A stretch of DNA of 64,000 nucleotides from Bacteroidales bacterium (GCA_045629225.1 JAZQQU010000023.1:14257-78256); one strand, 5' to 3'. Counted from the stretch's first letter, positions 31,309-42,111 are shown. Translations and numbers: made by a program. Notes: generated by a model not told the origin, from the letters alone.

Positions 31309-32301
31309 TTAAGGTGTGCCTTTCTGTTTCTTGATGGCCACGACAATCAGCGCATAAAGACCCATGATGAGCACAAAAAGTTGTTCGATGGTCCATGCTA
31401 CAACAGAAAAGATGCCTGCATCTGACTCACTGACTCCATAGAGCATCAGGGCAAAAATAACCATTACCTGCCAAGCTCCTAAGCCTCCCTGAATAGGAAG
31501 TATCTGAGCTAAACTGCCCATAACGAATACTGCTAGGCATGCATTGAGGCCCAGATGTTCGGTGAATCCGAAAAAATAGAATTGGGTAAGGGTGTTAAGA
31601 AAATAAAAGAACCAGATGAGCATAGACCAGCCTATGTAGCTCCAGATGCTCGGCAGATCGCGAAGAGAACGAAAGCCTATCCATACATTTGACATCACCT
31701 CTGTGACATAACGATAGGGTTTCCAGTTGCGACAATATCGCTTGAGCAAGACCCATGCTAAGAATCCTATAGTGATTGCCAAGAGTGCCCAGAGCCAAAG
31801 GCTATAACTTGTTTCGACCTCTACCCGAGAGCCATCTTCATCATCAAAAAAGAAACGGAGCAGCACATGACTCTCGAAAAGCAGACAGAGCACAAGATAG
31901 ACTAACATGCTAAGGACATCACAGAAGCGCTCGCTCAGAATCGTACCAGCTACAGTACTGAAAGGCTGACCATTGCTGTTGGCTATGAAGTTACACCTCC
32001 ACACCTCACCCAAACGAGGGAATACAAGATTCATGCCGTAGTTGCCAAAGAACGAAAGACTCATGTCGTGTAACGACGGATTGATGCCAACCGTACGCAA
32101 CTGCTGACGCCATCGTACACCTCTAAAAACATTTGCCAGCAATGCCAGAGCCCAGGAGATGACTACCCAAGTCCAGGAAATGCCGGACTGAATAGTGTCG
32201 ATGAGCTGTCGGGTATCGATCTTCTGTATGATAAACCAGACGATACCAAAACCAAAGGCCAGAGGCAGCAGCAGTTTGATTAGTTTCTGTATCTTGAGCA
32301 T
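31309..32301 (-). CDS. Lysylphosphatidylglycerol-synthase-TM (flippase-like) membrane protein
   Basis: RGVRW, PRLGEVWRC, GTILSER, PIQGGLGAW motifs; multiple TM helices. Confidence 0.8.
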   Translation of the reverse strand: MLKIQKLIKLLLPLAFGFGIVWFIIQKIDTRQLIDTIQSGISWTWVVISWALALLANVFRGVRWRQQLRTVGINPSLHDMSLSFFGNYGMNLVFPRLGEVWRCNFIANSNGQPFSTVAGTILSERFCDVLSMLVYLVLCLLFESHVLLRFFFDDEDGSRVEVETSYSLWLWALLAITIGFLAWVLLKRYCRNWKPYRYVTEVMSNVWIGFRSLRDLPSIWSYIGWSMLIWFFYFLNTLTQFYFFGFTEHLGLNACLAVFVMGSLAQILPIQGGLGAWQVMVIFALMLYGVSESDAGIFSVVAWTIEQLFVLIMGLYALIVVAIKKQKGTP

Positions 32302-32316
32302 GTAAAAGTGTAATAA

Positions 32317-33738
32317 TTATTCGAGAGGCACCTTGGAGCAGAACTCATCATAGACCGCAAGAACCTGCGAGATGTAATTAATAGTAAATGCTCCATTGAA
32401 GCGTCCTAGTCGTACCTTGGGGTAAGAATAATAATTGGGGTCAGCCTTCAGTCGTAGGCAATGCTCAACATTGTTAGGCCAGACATTGATTTCATAACCC
32501 AGTGTGTCAGCCAGATAGATAGCATCGAACACATGACCCAGGCCTGCATTATATCCTGCAAGAGTGAACTGTATGAGATCGCGTTCGTTTACATCAGTTA
32601 GTTTATTGCGAAGACTCTCCAGAATCTTGCCAATCAGGACACATGCCACTTCGACATTGAGGTCCGGATCGACAACCTCCTCTTCAGTGTATCCAAAGGC
32701 ACGTACAGTAGCTGGCATGAGCTGCATCAGACCAATGGGTCCTCTTGTCGAAATCTGTGTATGGTCGAGTTTGCTTTCGACAAAACCTATGGCAGCAAGC
32801 AGACGCCAGTCCCAACCAATGTTGTGAGCATGTTTGCGGAAGATGGCATCATAAGGAGACAAGGCTCCATCACGTAGTTTGTAATTGATGCGTGAAACAT
32901 GCCTGCCTCGCTGCTGTTCATACAATCGTTTCAACGAGACATCGTAATGCGGTTCTTCAACGCAATCCTTACAGAGCGAGTCAATGTACATGCGCAGAGT
33001 GTCTGCACCCATTGCTATAAGCCAAGAAACGCTGTCTGCACTATGCGACAAAGGTTCACTGAGTCGCAGCGTGGGGTAATAATCCTTGAGCAGACGTGCA
33101 ACGTTGGTGCGAAGCATCACCATATCAGTTCGACCCTCTATCAAAGCATCACAGAGTTGTGGAGTGGTGAGGCTGTCAGCTGGTATCGTGTCTAAAACGA
33201 ATGGTGTGAAGTCAAAACTAACACGAACAGAGTCATCGTGATAGGCTATCCACTGACGAGATTGAAGTAGCAACGACAACTTGTAATGAGTGACCGTATC
33301 GTCAGGCGCAATAGGTTTAAGTCGACGTGCCGAGACCATGACCTGACTGGATTTCCAGCGTGGTCCAGTTGGTAGAACCCATGAAACCGAATCGACAACA
33401 CTCTTCGAAGCCGGCCAGATTGCTAAGTCTGCTGAACCATTGTATAGACTATCACACATGGCATGTTCAGAGTTGACGTACATGATATGCAGCTTAATAC
33501 CCAGAGAGTCTGCAATACGACGGGCAATCTCATAATCATGACCATACCAGTTGTTCTTGTACTGGAAGGCCGTATAACAATCTTGAATCGTGACAACACT
33601 GAGTGTATCGCTTGCCAAGATCTGCGACCAGGAACGTGGCGTTGGCATTAGTATATCCTCCTGTTCCGGTTGTTGGAACAAGTGACACTGCGTAAAGAAA
33701 AACAGCAGAGAAACAAACAGGAGGATTGATTTTTTCAT
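32317..33738 (-). CDS. MltF-like lytic transglycosylase (SBP-like + SLT domain)
   Basis: WDWRLLAAIGFVES, GLMQLMP, AGYNAGLGH motifs; N-terminal lipoprotein-like signal. Confidence 0.85.
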   Translation of the reverse strand: MKKSILLFVSLLFFFTQCHLFQQPEQEDILMPTPRSWSQILASDTLSVVTIQDCYTAFQYKNNWYGHDYEIARRIADSLGIKLHIMYVNSEHAMCDSLYNGSADLAIWPASKSVVDSVSWVLPTGPRWKSSQVMVSARRLKPIAPDDTVTHYKLSLLLQSRQWIAYHDDSVRVSFDFTPFVLDTIPADSLTTPQLCDALIEGRTDMVMLRTNVARLLKDYYPTLRLSEPLSHSADSVSWLIAMGADTLRMYIDSLCKDCVEEPHYDVSLKRLYEQQRGRHVSRINYKLRDGALSPYDAIFRKHAHNIGWDWRLLAAIGFVESKLDHTQISTRGPIGLMQLMPATVRAFGYTEEEVVDPDLNVEVACVLIGKILESLRNKLTDVNERDLIQFTLAGYNAGLGHVFDAIYLADTLGYEINVWPNNVEHCLRLKADPNYYSYPKVRLGRFNGAFTINYISQVLAVYDEFCSKVPLE

Positions 33739-33800
33739 GAACAGGCTAAATGCTGAACTAATGAAGCAGATAAATGGTCCACTATGCGATTATCAAGAAC

Positions 33801-34424
33801 CTACTTCTGAAGCAGTGTGATGATATACTCCTTGAGCACAGAGATTGCAACCGAGTTGCTGCCACCCTGAGGAACGATAAGGTCAGCGTATGCCTTTGTA
33901 GGCTCAATGTGCATATTGTGCATTGGCTTTATGATGTTCTGATAACGCTGAACCAGATCGTCGATGGTTCGTCCACGTTCCACCACATCGCGACGTAGCA
34001 CGCGAATCAGACGCTCATCACTGTCAGCATCGACAAAAACTTTCATGTCGAGAATGGCACGAATGGAGGGATCGACCAACGCCATAATGCCTTCAAGGAT
34101 GATGACAGGTCGGGGCTCTATGTGTGTGCTCTGGCCTTTCAGACGAGAACAGGTAGCATAGTCATAGACTGGTTCATCGATGGCCTGACCTTCACGCAGA
34201 AGAATAAGATGACGATAGAGAAGTTCCCAGTCGAATGCACGCGGTTCATCAAAATTCTGTGCACGTCTTTCGTCCCAAGGCAGGTGACTACTGTCCTTGT
34301 AATAGCTGTCTTGCGAAACAACAGCAACACTGCCCTCTGGCAGACTCTCTATGATTTTGCGTACTACAGTAGTCTTGCCCGATCCTGTGCCGCCAGCGAT
34401 TCCTATGATCATTTTTTGGGTCAT
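33801..34424 (-). CDS. udk: Uridine kinase
   Basis: GIAGGTGSGKTT, QDSYY, NFDEP, RRDVVERGR, IEPTK. Confidence 0.96.
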   Translation of the reverse strand: MTQKMIIGIAGGTGSGKTTVVRKIIESLPEGSVAVVSQDSYYKDSSHLPWDERRAQNFDEPRAFDWELLYRHLILLREGQAIDEPVYDYATCSRLKGQSTHIEPRPVIILEGIMALVDPSIRAILDMKVFVDADSDERLIRVLRRDVVERGRTIDDLVQRYQNIIKPMHNMHIEPTKAYADLIVPQGGSNSVAISVLKEYIITLLQK

Positions 34425-34565
34425 TAAATATAAACTTATGCCGCAAATTTACACATTTTTTGTCAAACAATCCCTATTTTGGTCCTAAAAAATGCATCTT
34501 CGGGCTTAAATCCTTGCTGAAACGCGATTTTTTACCTATTTTTGCACTCAAATAATCATGTAACT

Positions 34566-35351
34566 ATGCTTACGCTTACGAAGAATATCATCAAAGAGAT
34601 ACGTGCTCTAGAGCAGCGCAAGGGTCGTCGCGAACAACAAGCTTGGCTCGTTGAGGGCAACAAATCGGTGGGCGACATGCTTGAAGCTGGAGCCTTCGAC
34701 TGCTTACGACTTGTGGCTACTGAGGACTGGTGGCACAATCATCCAAGAGCCCATGCTAAGGAATGTTACTCTGCCACACGTGGCGAGATGGAAAGGACTT
34801 CACTCCTCCCCTCACCGCAGGACGTGTTAGCAGTGTTTGCCTTGCCTGGTTATAGTGCACCATCAATGCAGAAATCCAGTGGTAAGACCTCAGACGAAAG
34901 ATTATGCATTGCTCTTGACGAAGTGCAGGACCCAGGGAATCTTGGCACCATCATCCGAACAGCTGACTGGTTCGGTGTGCGTCATATCTACTGTGCCCCT
35001 GGTACTGCCGACTGCTTTGCTCCCAAGGTAGTGCAGGCCACTATGAGTGCACTGGCCCGTGTGAGGGTTCATTATTTCGAAACACGTGAACAGATGTACT
35101 CATGGCTTAACTCCTACACTGGCGAAGTGTATGGAACCTTCCTCGAGGGTGAGAACATCTATGGTTCTACGCTCAAGCCTGATGGTGTGTTGCTGATGGG
35201 TAACGAGGGACGAGGCATAGGAGAAGATCTGGCACAATGTGTGACAAAAAAACTGCTCATCCCCGACTTTGCCAAGGATGGGCAGCATGTAGAGTCTCTC
35301 AATGTGGGTGTGGCAACAGCTATCTGTCTGAGTGAGATCAGGAGAAGATAA
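34566..35351 (+). CDS. TrmH/SpoU family RNA methyltransferase
   Basis: QDPGNLGTIIR, MGNEGRG, ESLNVGVA; ATG 34566. Confidence 0.92.
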   Translation: MLTLTKNIIKEIRALEQRKGRREQQAWLVEGNKSVGDMLEAGAFDCLRLVATEDWWHNHPRAHAKECYSATRGEMERTSLLPSPQDVLAVFALPGYSAPSMQKSSGKTSDERLCIALDEVQDPGNLGTIIRTADWFGVRHIYCAPGTADCFAPKVVQATMSALARVRVHYFETREQMYSWLNSYTGEVYGTFLEGENIYGSTLKPDGVLLMGNEGRGIGEDLAQCVTKKLLIPDFAKDGQHVESLNVGVATAICLSEIRRR

Positions 35352-36462
35352 AAGTCTTGCGACCACGTATGTAATACTCCCAGAGGATGCTTCGACTTTC
35401 TTCTGGGAATTTTTGTGCCTGGCCAAAGCCAATCAGCTCAGACGCTTTGTATTGTGTTTTAATCATCTTTGAGGCTTGACGATGAGCTTGGAAGATGGCC
35501 CAACAGTTGCCCCATTGGCCATGGAGCAGGAAGTTTAGTGCAGCCACACCATCGAGCAACTTACGACGGAAAATGAGCTGACGGCATTTTTCAGCTGGTA
35601 GGTTCTTCCACATCATTACCAGACTATTACGGAAGTTCAGCAACGTCTTCCGAGGATTACCTTGCGGCAGGCTGGCACCACCTTTATGATAGACGTGCGA
35701 CTGTGGAACACAAACTATCTGATAACCCATGCGTCGCAGTCGCCAACAGAGGTCAATCTCCTCCATGTGGGCAAAGAAACGCGCATCGAGTCCACCTGCT
35801 TGTCGATAGAGTTCCGTACGAACCATAAGACAGGCTCCTGTAGCCCACATTACAGGCCAGGCCTCTCCCTCAGGCAAGTCGTATTGGCCATGATCATCCT
35901 CCACAGTATCAAAAATTCGACCACGACAGAAGGGATAGCACAACTTGTCGAGGTATCCTCCACAAGCACCTGCGTATTCGAAAGTTTGAGGAGATTGAAG
36001 TGTTTGAGAAGCTTGAGGGGTTTGAGAGGATTGAAGGGTGTGGGCAAACACATTATTCCATGCACCATGTTTTTGGTCAAAAGACCAATCCTTGAGCAAC
36101 TTAGGTTGTAAGGCTGCACAATTTCTATTGGCTGACATGTAGTCAATCATCGGATTGAGCCATCCTTCAGTGACACGAACATCATCATTGAGCAACACTA
36201 CAAGATCATACCCCTCACGACTCATCGTGGCTATGGCTCGGTTGTATCCCTCGGCAAAACCGAGGTTTGAACCTAACTCCAGAACACGGACTGTTGGGAA
36301 GAATTCCTTCAGCATTTGTACGCTATCATCGTCAGAACCATTGTCTGCCACAATGACATCAGCCTTCCCTGATGGTGTGTATTGCACTACTGAGGGTAAA
36401 TAATGACGAAGAAGCCCATTCTTAGCTCCATTCCAGTTTAATATGATGACTGCAGAACGCAT
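35338..36462 (-). CDS. Glycosyltransferase family 2
   Basis: ILNWNG, DNGSDD, GFAEGYN, LLNDD, GACLM, HMEEIDLCWR. Confidence 0.92.
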   Translation of the reverse strand: MRSAVIILNWNGAKNGLLRHYLPSVVQYTPSGKADVIVADNGSDDDSVQMLKEFFPTVRVLELGSNLGFAEGYNRAIATMSREGYDLVVLLNDDVRVTEGWLNPMIDYMSANRNCAALQPKLLKDWSFDQKHGAWNNVFAHTLQSSQTPQASQTLQSPQTFEYAGACGGYLDKLCYPFCRGRIFDTVEDDHGQYDLPEGEAWPVMWATGACLMVRTELYRQAGGLDARFFAHMEEIDLCWRLRRMGYQIVCVPQSHVYHKGGASLPQGNPRKTLLNFRNSLVMMWKNLPAEKCRQLIFRRKLLDGVAALNFLLHGQWGNCWAIFQAHRQASKMIKTQYKASELIGFGQAQKFPEESRSILWEYYIRGRKTFIFS

Positions 36463-36519
36463 AGGGATATTTTTGTATAGTTTTCTTTACTACATTGTGT
36501 ACCTAATTATCTGGTTTAG

Positions 36520-36775
36520 CCGATGTGGCTACACAAAAGTCTGCCAGAAATACTGGCAAAATAATGTGGACTCACAATTCTTTGCCAGAACTGCTGGCAA
36601 AGAATTGTGGAGGCACAAAAGTCAGCCAGAGCTGCTGGCAGAAAATTGTGGACGAACAAAAGACTAGCCAGGACTGCTGACACACAATTGTGGATGCACA
36701 AAAGGTTGTCTGGACTCTTGGCAGAGAATTGTGGATGCACAATTGCCATCACAGAACTTTGGCAAACAATTGTTA
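36520..36775 (+). repeat. 41-bp-period tandem array 2 (about 6 units, same family as array 1)
   Basis: TGTGG at 36524, 36565, 36606, 36647, 36689, 36730 (TGTT at 36771); TTGTG-N4-CACAA and GCCAG-N5-CTGGC per unit. Confidence 0.9.
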
Positions 36776-36783
36776 AGACTCAG

Positions 36784-39417
36784 TTAGAATCCTACAGCCA
36801 CAGCGATCTGAATGCCATGCTTGTTGACTCCAGGATGATCAAGATAATTAAGACGGCGGATATACTCCACTCTCAGTACCTTGAAGATATTGTCGATGCC
36901 AAATACAGCTTCCATATAGGGCGTATTGCTCAGACGATAAACAGTGCCATTGGTTGGGAAGGCAAAAAGGTCAGGATTGCGAGGCGAACCATCAGCAAGA
37001 AGTATGTCTGGATCATTCTGCTGACTTAGCTTGCCATATACTCCTCTGAAACATAGAATTTCTCGTAGTCGAAGTCTGCGGATGAATGGCAGATTGTTGA
37101 AGATGAGTCCATTCATCTTGTAGGTGATGTCCCACGAGGCATACTGGTCATAGATAAACTCCATGGACTGCAGCTGTGAGAATGAACCATGCTGAATAGT
37201 GAAGCCAGTGTTAGCACTAGGCATGGAAAGCAGCGAATAAGGTGCTTGCGTCCAAACTTTACCCAAATCGAGCGTAACATCGGCATAGCCAAGCACATTA
37301 AGCCAGAAACGTTTTAAGAACTTGAAGTCGGTGCGTTGGTAGTTGAAGTCTGATCCAAGGAAATCCTTTGACGCAAACTGATGTGTGAGCTCAAATACCG
37401 GGTGAAGGTCATCGACACGGATACGTGTGGTTCGCATCTGGACGAAGGTCTCCTTGGGTGCCCATCGTAAGGCCAGAGTTCCCATGGCCAGATTGTAATG
37501 CGACTGCTGCATTCCGGTACCGATCTGGCGGAATTCTCCAAGTCGGGAACTATATTCACTCATCAGTTCTCCTTTCAACTTGAGACTGAAATGGTTCCAT
37601 AGTTCGAGGGTATAAAGCAGAGAATTGGAACGCACATAGGTATACTTTGGATCAGCGTCACGACGCAATGACGTGACGAAATTATCACGATTTGTGCTCA
37701 GTTTCAGTCCAAGTTCTTTCGAATCGTATGTACTCTCTAACTTCAGCGAATGGATAGGGAATTCATTGGCATACATCTTTTTGGGTCGAAAAGAGTATTC
37801 CAATACTGCATCGTACTTCCATTTATGATCTTCCACACCATAGGCTGCATAGCCACTAGCAAATAAATGTGGGTTGACATTGGCTGTGGTGATGCCTCCC
37901 ACTCGAAGACGGAGGTGTTCGAGTTTGTTCCACGAAGCCAAGGCATTGATAGGGCCGAACATGACATGTGACTGCTCGTCAATCGGATTATCCAGAGGCA
38001 GGAACCCCTTAAAGAACCAACCAAGAACGCGTTCGGCATACTTATAAAAAGGCACCTTACGCATACGGGTCATCATGGCCTGCACGGAATGCTCAGGATC
38101 ATAGTCGTCAGTGAGTCGATGTTGCTGCCAAAAAGCTAAGTCAGACGTCTGCTTGGCCAGATCGGGGCTGGTGAACTTGGGTGGACGACGGAAGATCTGC
38201 TCTTCAAGTTCTGGTTTCTCGCTATCAAAACCTGAATATCGAACAAGACGATGAGCATAGAAACCAAGCGATGATGCCGTGACATTAATCTCTGAGTCGA
38301 AACGTTTGCGGATTACAACTCGTGTGCTGTCAGGGAGTCGTCCATTATCGAAAGTTACACGCAGATTGCGTACAAAATTGAGATTGATGTCAGGTGGCAG
38401 ATTGAGTTCTGCTCGACGCACAAAGTAGGTACTATCTGTCGAGATATATAGATGCCCTACAAAACCGAATGACTGAGGCATAAGCGGAGCAAAGCCCAGA
38501 TCGACATATCGTTGGCCATCATCGAGCTTAAGTGTATCGAGGATGTAGTATTTATAGAAAGTAATGCCAAAGTCAGAGATAGGTGACACAAACTTCTTGC
38601 GATAAAGGAAGATGTTGTCATCAAGCAAATCCATCTCTGGGAAGACTTCGGTTTTGAGCACCGCAATCATTTCGTCGGGCAACATGTCATCAAGGCCAGC
38701 ATGTTGTTCGGCTTCGGTAACAACTCGACGTGAGTTGTTATGACGACGATAGTAGTGGGTCTCGATCCTTTCGTCAGTGGTGACTGGAAGGATAGGACCA
38801 CCTGAGATCAGTGCTGTATCTACAAACTCCTCAATGAAGGGAAATCTCTTCTGCCACTGTTTTACATAGCCTTCATCAAAATTATTGAATGAATAGGTCA
38901 TATTATCATAACGCTCCTGTCGGAAATAGTCATGCAGATCAGGATGATGATCCATCTTGTGTGCTATGACATTACGCATCAGCTCAACAGCAGGGTTTTC
39001 TTTACGACGATATCGCTCACGCTTCGGTTTTACAACCACCTCTGACAACTGGATGTCATTAGGCACCATGCGGATATTAAGCTGCAGTTTGCGGGTTCCT
39101 ACCTTTATCGAGTAGTCATTGTAGCCCAAGTAAGTGATGGTTACTGTGCTTCCTGGTTTTGCCAACATCGAGAAGTTGCCATTGGCGTCAGTGATGGTGC
39201 CATTGGTTGTGCCCTGCTCTACGATATTGGCAAAGTCAATGGGATCACCTGTAATGCTATCGACCACTTGACCTTGCAGCGTAACACGATTGACAATGCG
39301 TGATGAATTGTTCTTGTTACCTCCATCTCTATTACTTTGTGCATTAACAGAGAGTAAAGGTAGCATCATTGCTATCAACCAGAGGGTGAAGACTATTATT
39401 ATTTTATCAATTTTCAT
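36784..39417 (-). CDS. Outer-membrane protein with carboxypeptidase-like regulatory domain + DUF5686
   Basis: Signal peptide from ATG 39417; GQVVDSITGDPI..GTITDANGNF domain; ENPAVELMR; barrel ending in F; TATATTTGCA promoter at 39480-39489. Confidence 0.85.
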   Translation of the reverse strand: MKIDKIIIVFTLWLIAMMLPLLSVNAQSNRDGGNKNNSSRIVNRVTLQGQVVDSITGDPIDFANIVEQGTTNGTITDANGNFSMLAKPGSTVTITYLGYNDYSIKVGTRKLQLNIRMVPNDIQLSEVVVKPKRERYRRKENPAVELMRNVIAHKMDHHPDLHDYFRQERYDNMTYSFNNFDEGYVKQWQKRFPFIEEFVDTALISGGPILPVTTDERIETHYYRRHNNSRRVVTEAEQHAGLDDMLPDEMIAVLKTEVFPEMDLLDDNIFLYRKKFVSPISDFGITFYKYYILDTLKLDDGQRYVDLGFAPLMPQSFGFVGHLYISTDSTYFVRRAELNLPPDINLNFVRNLRVTFDNGRLPDSTRVVIRKRFDSEINVTASSLGFYAHRLVRYSGFDSEKPELEEQIFRRPPKFTSPDLAKQTSDLAFWQQHRLTDDYDPEHSVQAMMTRMRKVPFYKYAERVLGWFFKGFLPLDNPIDEQSHVMFGPINALASWNKLEHLRLRVGGITTANVNPHLFASGYAAYGVEDHKWKYDAVLEYSFRPKKMYANEFPIHSLKLESTYDSKELGLKLSTNRDNFVTSLRRDADPKYTYVRSNSLLYTLELWNHFSLKLKGELMSEYSSRLGEFRQIGTGMQQSHYNLAMGTLALRWAPKETFVQMRTTRIRVDDLHPVFELTHQFASKDFLGSDFNYQRTDFKFLKRFWLNVLGYADVTLDLGKVWTQAPYSLLSMPSANTGFTIQHGSFSQLQSMEFIYDQYASWDITYKMNGLIFNNLPFIRRLRLREILCFRGVYGKLSQQNDPDILLADGSPRNPDLFAFPTNGTVYRLSNTPYMEAVFGIDNIFKVLRVEYIRRLNYLDHPGVNKHGIQIAVAVGF

Positions 39418-39596
39418 GATTACTAATCTTTGTAGCACCTGTTTCAAAGAAATTGAAATTAGCAGAATGCAGAAAACTCTGCAAATATACGCATTTTTAA
39501 TCAATGATGATGCATGTCATCAGGCTTAATTACATTTTTTTCACTCAAAGACTCCTTTTTGTATCACAATTGTAATGACGAGTTATTGAAATTGGC

Positions 39597-39745
39597 AAAA
39601 ATTAAGGTTAAGTCATCTGACCTAACCTATACATAATTACATAAAGTAAATGTCCCTAATCACGTTTTTCTGGTATTAGATTTAAGGTTAATAATAAAAA
39701 TAGTGTTTATTTTAAGGTATCGTGTTATGGTTATGTTATTTAAGG
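39597..39745 (-). ncRNA. Candidate ~150-nt small RNA antisense to the 47.3-kb sRNA (putative sponge)
   Basis: TTTG(39779-82)-N20-TATCTTTG(39751-58) promoter; 3' hairpin AGGUUAGGUC-AGAU-GACUUAACCU + UAAUUUUU; no ORF of note. Confidence 0.5.
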
Positions 39746-39928
39746 TGGTGCAAAGATAAGGCCTTTTTCTGACCTGACCAAATTATTTCTTATTAAATTT
39801 TTTGTGCAATCTATTGTATAGATGATAATTTAACATTCATTTACACAAATTCTAGCATTTTTGATGCAAAAATGAGAATTTTGTTGCACAATTGTACCAT
39901 ATTTTGCAAAGTAGAGATTACTGAGGGA

Positions 39929-41413
39929 TTATTTGTTGCGGAAAGTCTTGTAACCTGCTATCTCTGCTATCTTGACAGGAATGTCGGCATTGTCGTTATG
40001 GCCAGCGAAACGCTCTGCTCCCACACCAATGGCAAAAACATTGACCAGTCCTGCTGTATGCGCTCCACTTGTCCAGCCTACATGGGCACGACTGTTCATG
40101 ATGCGAACAGCAGCTGCTGCCATAGGTTCGTTTGCACTATACAGATTCTCCTCATTAGGCATCTGTCCAACGAAGCTCTTGGCATATAGTTCCTTGAGCA
40201 GATCCTCTTCGTTCTTGCTTAATTCCACTTTGCTCCAGAAGCCCAAATCCTTGCCCAAGGTTTCCTTGACCTGCTCCCAGCTCACACGGTTATGGGTCTC
40301 TGAACGAAGTATCTGGAAGTGGCGGGTAATCTCGTCCACCGAACAGGTTTGATGCTGCAAGAGCTGTAAGTTGTTAGAATAGCCTCCTGCATTGTTTCCT
40401 ACAGAGAAACCGCCGGTCTCATGATCAGAAGTCACGACGATAAGTGTCTCATCGGGATGTTGCAGGTAGAAGTCGTAAGCCACACGAACACAGCTGTCAG
40501 CCAGGAAAAGCTCACTGATAGCGGTGGCAGCATCATTGGCATGACATGCCATATCGACTTTACCTCCAATCTCGTTCATGAGGAAGAAACCCTTGCCTCC
40601 CTTCTGTTCCGAACGTCGGTAGAGGAAATCGGTCTCAGCCTTCATCACATCGAGCACACTGAGCATTCCAGGTTTTGCATCGATGTTATATGGAAATGCA
40701 TAGGCACCGCCATTGTTGACAACCTCCATGTCTTGAAACAACAACATCTTCTGTGCTCCATCATTTGCTTTCTGTTCGTAGTCTGCATACGATCCACGAG
40801 AGATGACGTAGCCACTATCAGCAAAAACTTTATAGAGTTCCTCGCGTACCTCTAGAGTATTCTTCGAGTGCTGCAGATTGATATCCGAACCACCAAAAAA
40901 GTCGAAACCAGTGGTTGGAAGCTGGCATGCAATCTCATAGTACTGATTGCGATCAGCAGCATGTCCATAGAAAGCTCCAGGAGTGGCATGGTTGACATTT
41001 ACACTGGTAGCCACACCTACGGGGTAATCCATGGCATGAGCCCATTCCGCAATACTATAGACGGGGACGGTATCAGGATCGACACCAAGTGCACCATTAT
41101 AAGTCTTGACACCTGTGGCCAATGCTGTGCCCGAGGCTGCTGAGTCGGTAATGCCACTTGAGTAACTATAGGTAGAGGCAACACCAGCAACAGGAAACGA
41201 AGACATACATGTGGCCGTGCGTCCCCAGCGACCTTCAAGCTCCGCTTTGTACATCTCAGCACCAAGCACTACATTGATTCCTGTACCATCATTGATGAGA
41301 TAGAATACGTATTTTGGTTGTTTTGCTTTCTCTTGCTGCTGGCATGATGAGAGAACAGCTCCCGACATGATTACTAGCGATGCTGCAGCTATCAAGAATA
41401 ATGACTTTTTCAT
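39929..41413 (-). CDS. Alkaline phosphatase (lipoprotein)
   Basis: LSSC lipobox; NDGTG, TDSAASGTA (catalytic Ser), HATP, DMACHAND, SDHETGG, HT. Confidence 0.92.
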   Translation of the reverse strand: MKKSLFLIAAASLVIMSGAVLSSCQQQEKAKQPKYVFYLINDGTGINVVLGAEMYKAELEGRWGRTATCMSSFPVAGVASTYSYSSGITDSAASGTALATGVKTYNGALGVDPDTVPVYSIAEWAHAMDYPVGVATSVNVNHATPGAFYGHAADRNQYYEIACQLPTTGFDFFGGSDINLQHSKNTLEVREELYKVFADSGYVISRGSYADYEQKANDGAQKMLLFQDMEVVNNGGAYAFPYNIDAKPGMLSVLDVMKAETDFLYRRSEQKGGKGFFLMNEIGGKVDMACHANDAATAISELFLADSCVRVAYDFYLQHPDETLIVVTSDHETGGFSVGNNAGGYSNNLQLLQHQTCSVDEITRHFQILRSETHNRVSWEQVKETLGKDLGFWSKVELSKNEEDLLKELYAKSFVGQMPNEENLYSANEPMAAAAVRIMNSRAHVGWTSGAHTAGLVNVFAIGVGAERFAGHNDNADIPVKIAEIAGYKTFRNK

Positions 41414-41520
41414 AGAGTATACATTATAATATTATTTATAATTTGATTCGGCAAGTGTAACTGGTTTAAGAGATATCACAAGTGGAGACAATCTTCATTG
41501 ACCGCATATAGTCAGCGCGA

Positions 41521-42108
41521 TTATTTCTTATACGGATTGTTCACTCGGTCAGCATTTCTTGCAATGAAGTCCTTCCAAGACTTGGCTCCGCCTCCACCAA
41601 TACCTGTTGGACGCGAAGTAATGTAGTGATGCGTCAACGCGATTGCAAGTGCATCCGAGGCATCGAGTTTCTGACCCGTAAACATCTCTTCGGGCAAGTG
41701 AAGCTGACGTTTCACCATCTCTGCCACCTGTTCCTTGGCTGCATTACCATTGCCAACAATCGAAATCTTGACCTTAGCAGGTGGGTATTCAAACACGGGC
41801 AGGTCACGTTCAACTGCTGCAGCCATCACTACCCCCTGTGCTCGACAAAGTTTAATCATAGAGTTAGGATTGATGCCGACAAAGGGTGACTCGATGGCCA
41901 GTTCGTCAGGATGATACTCATTGATCAACTGCAAGACTCGCTCGTGAATGCGTTTCAAGCGGAGGTAATGACTCTCGACCTTAGCCAACGTGAGCACACC
42001 CATAACAATGAGCTCGGGCTTTTTTTGCTCTATTTTGAGCAAAGCATAACCCATTACGTTGGTTCCAGGATCGATGCCCAATATGATTTTTTCTACCTCC
42101 ATGTCCAA
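41521..42108 (-). CDS. ruvC: Holliday junction resolvase
   Basis: ILGIDPGT, LAIESPF, GNGNAAKEQV, DASDALAIA. Confidence 0.96.
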   Translation of the reverse strand: MDMEVEKIILGIDPGTNVMGYALLKIEQKKPELIVMGVLTLAKVESHYLRLKRIHERVLQLINEYHPDELAIESPFVGINPNSMIKLCRAQGVVMAAAVERDLPVFEYPPAKVKISIVGNGNAAKEQVAEMVKRQLHLPEEMFTGQKLDASDALAIALTHHYITSRPTGIGGGGAKSWKDFIARNADRVNNPYKK

Positions 42109-42111
42109 CTC

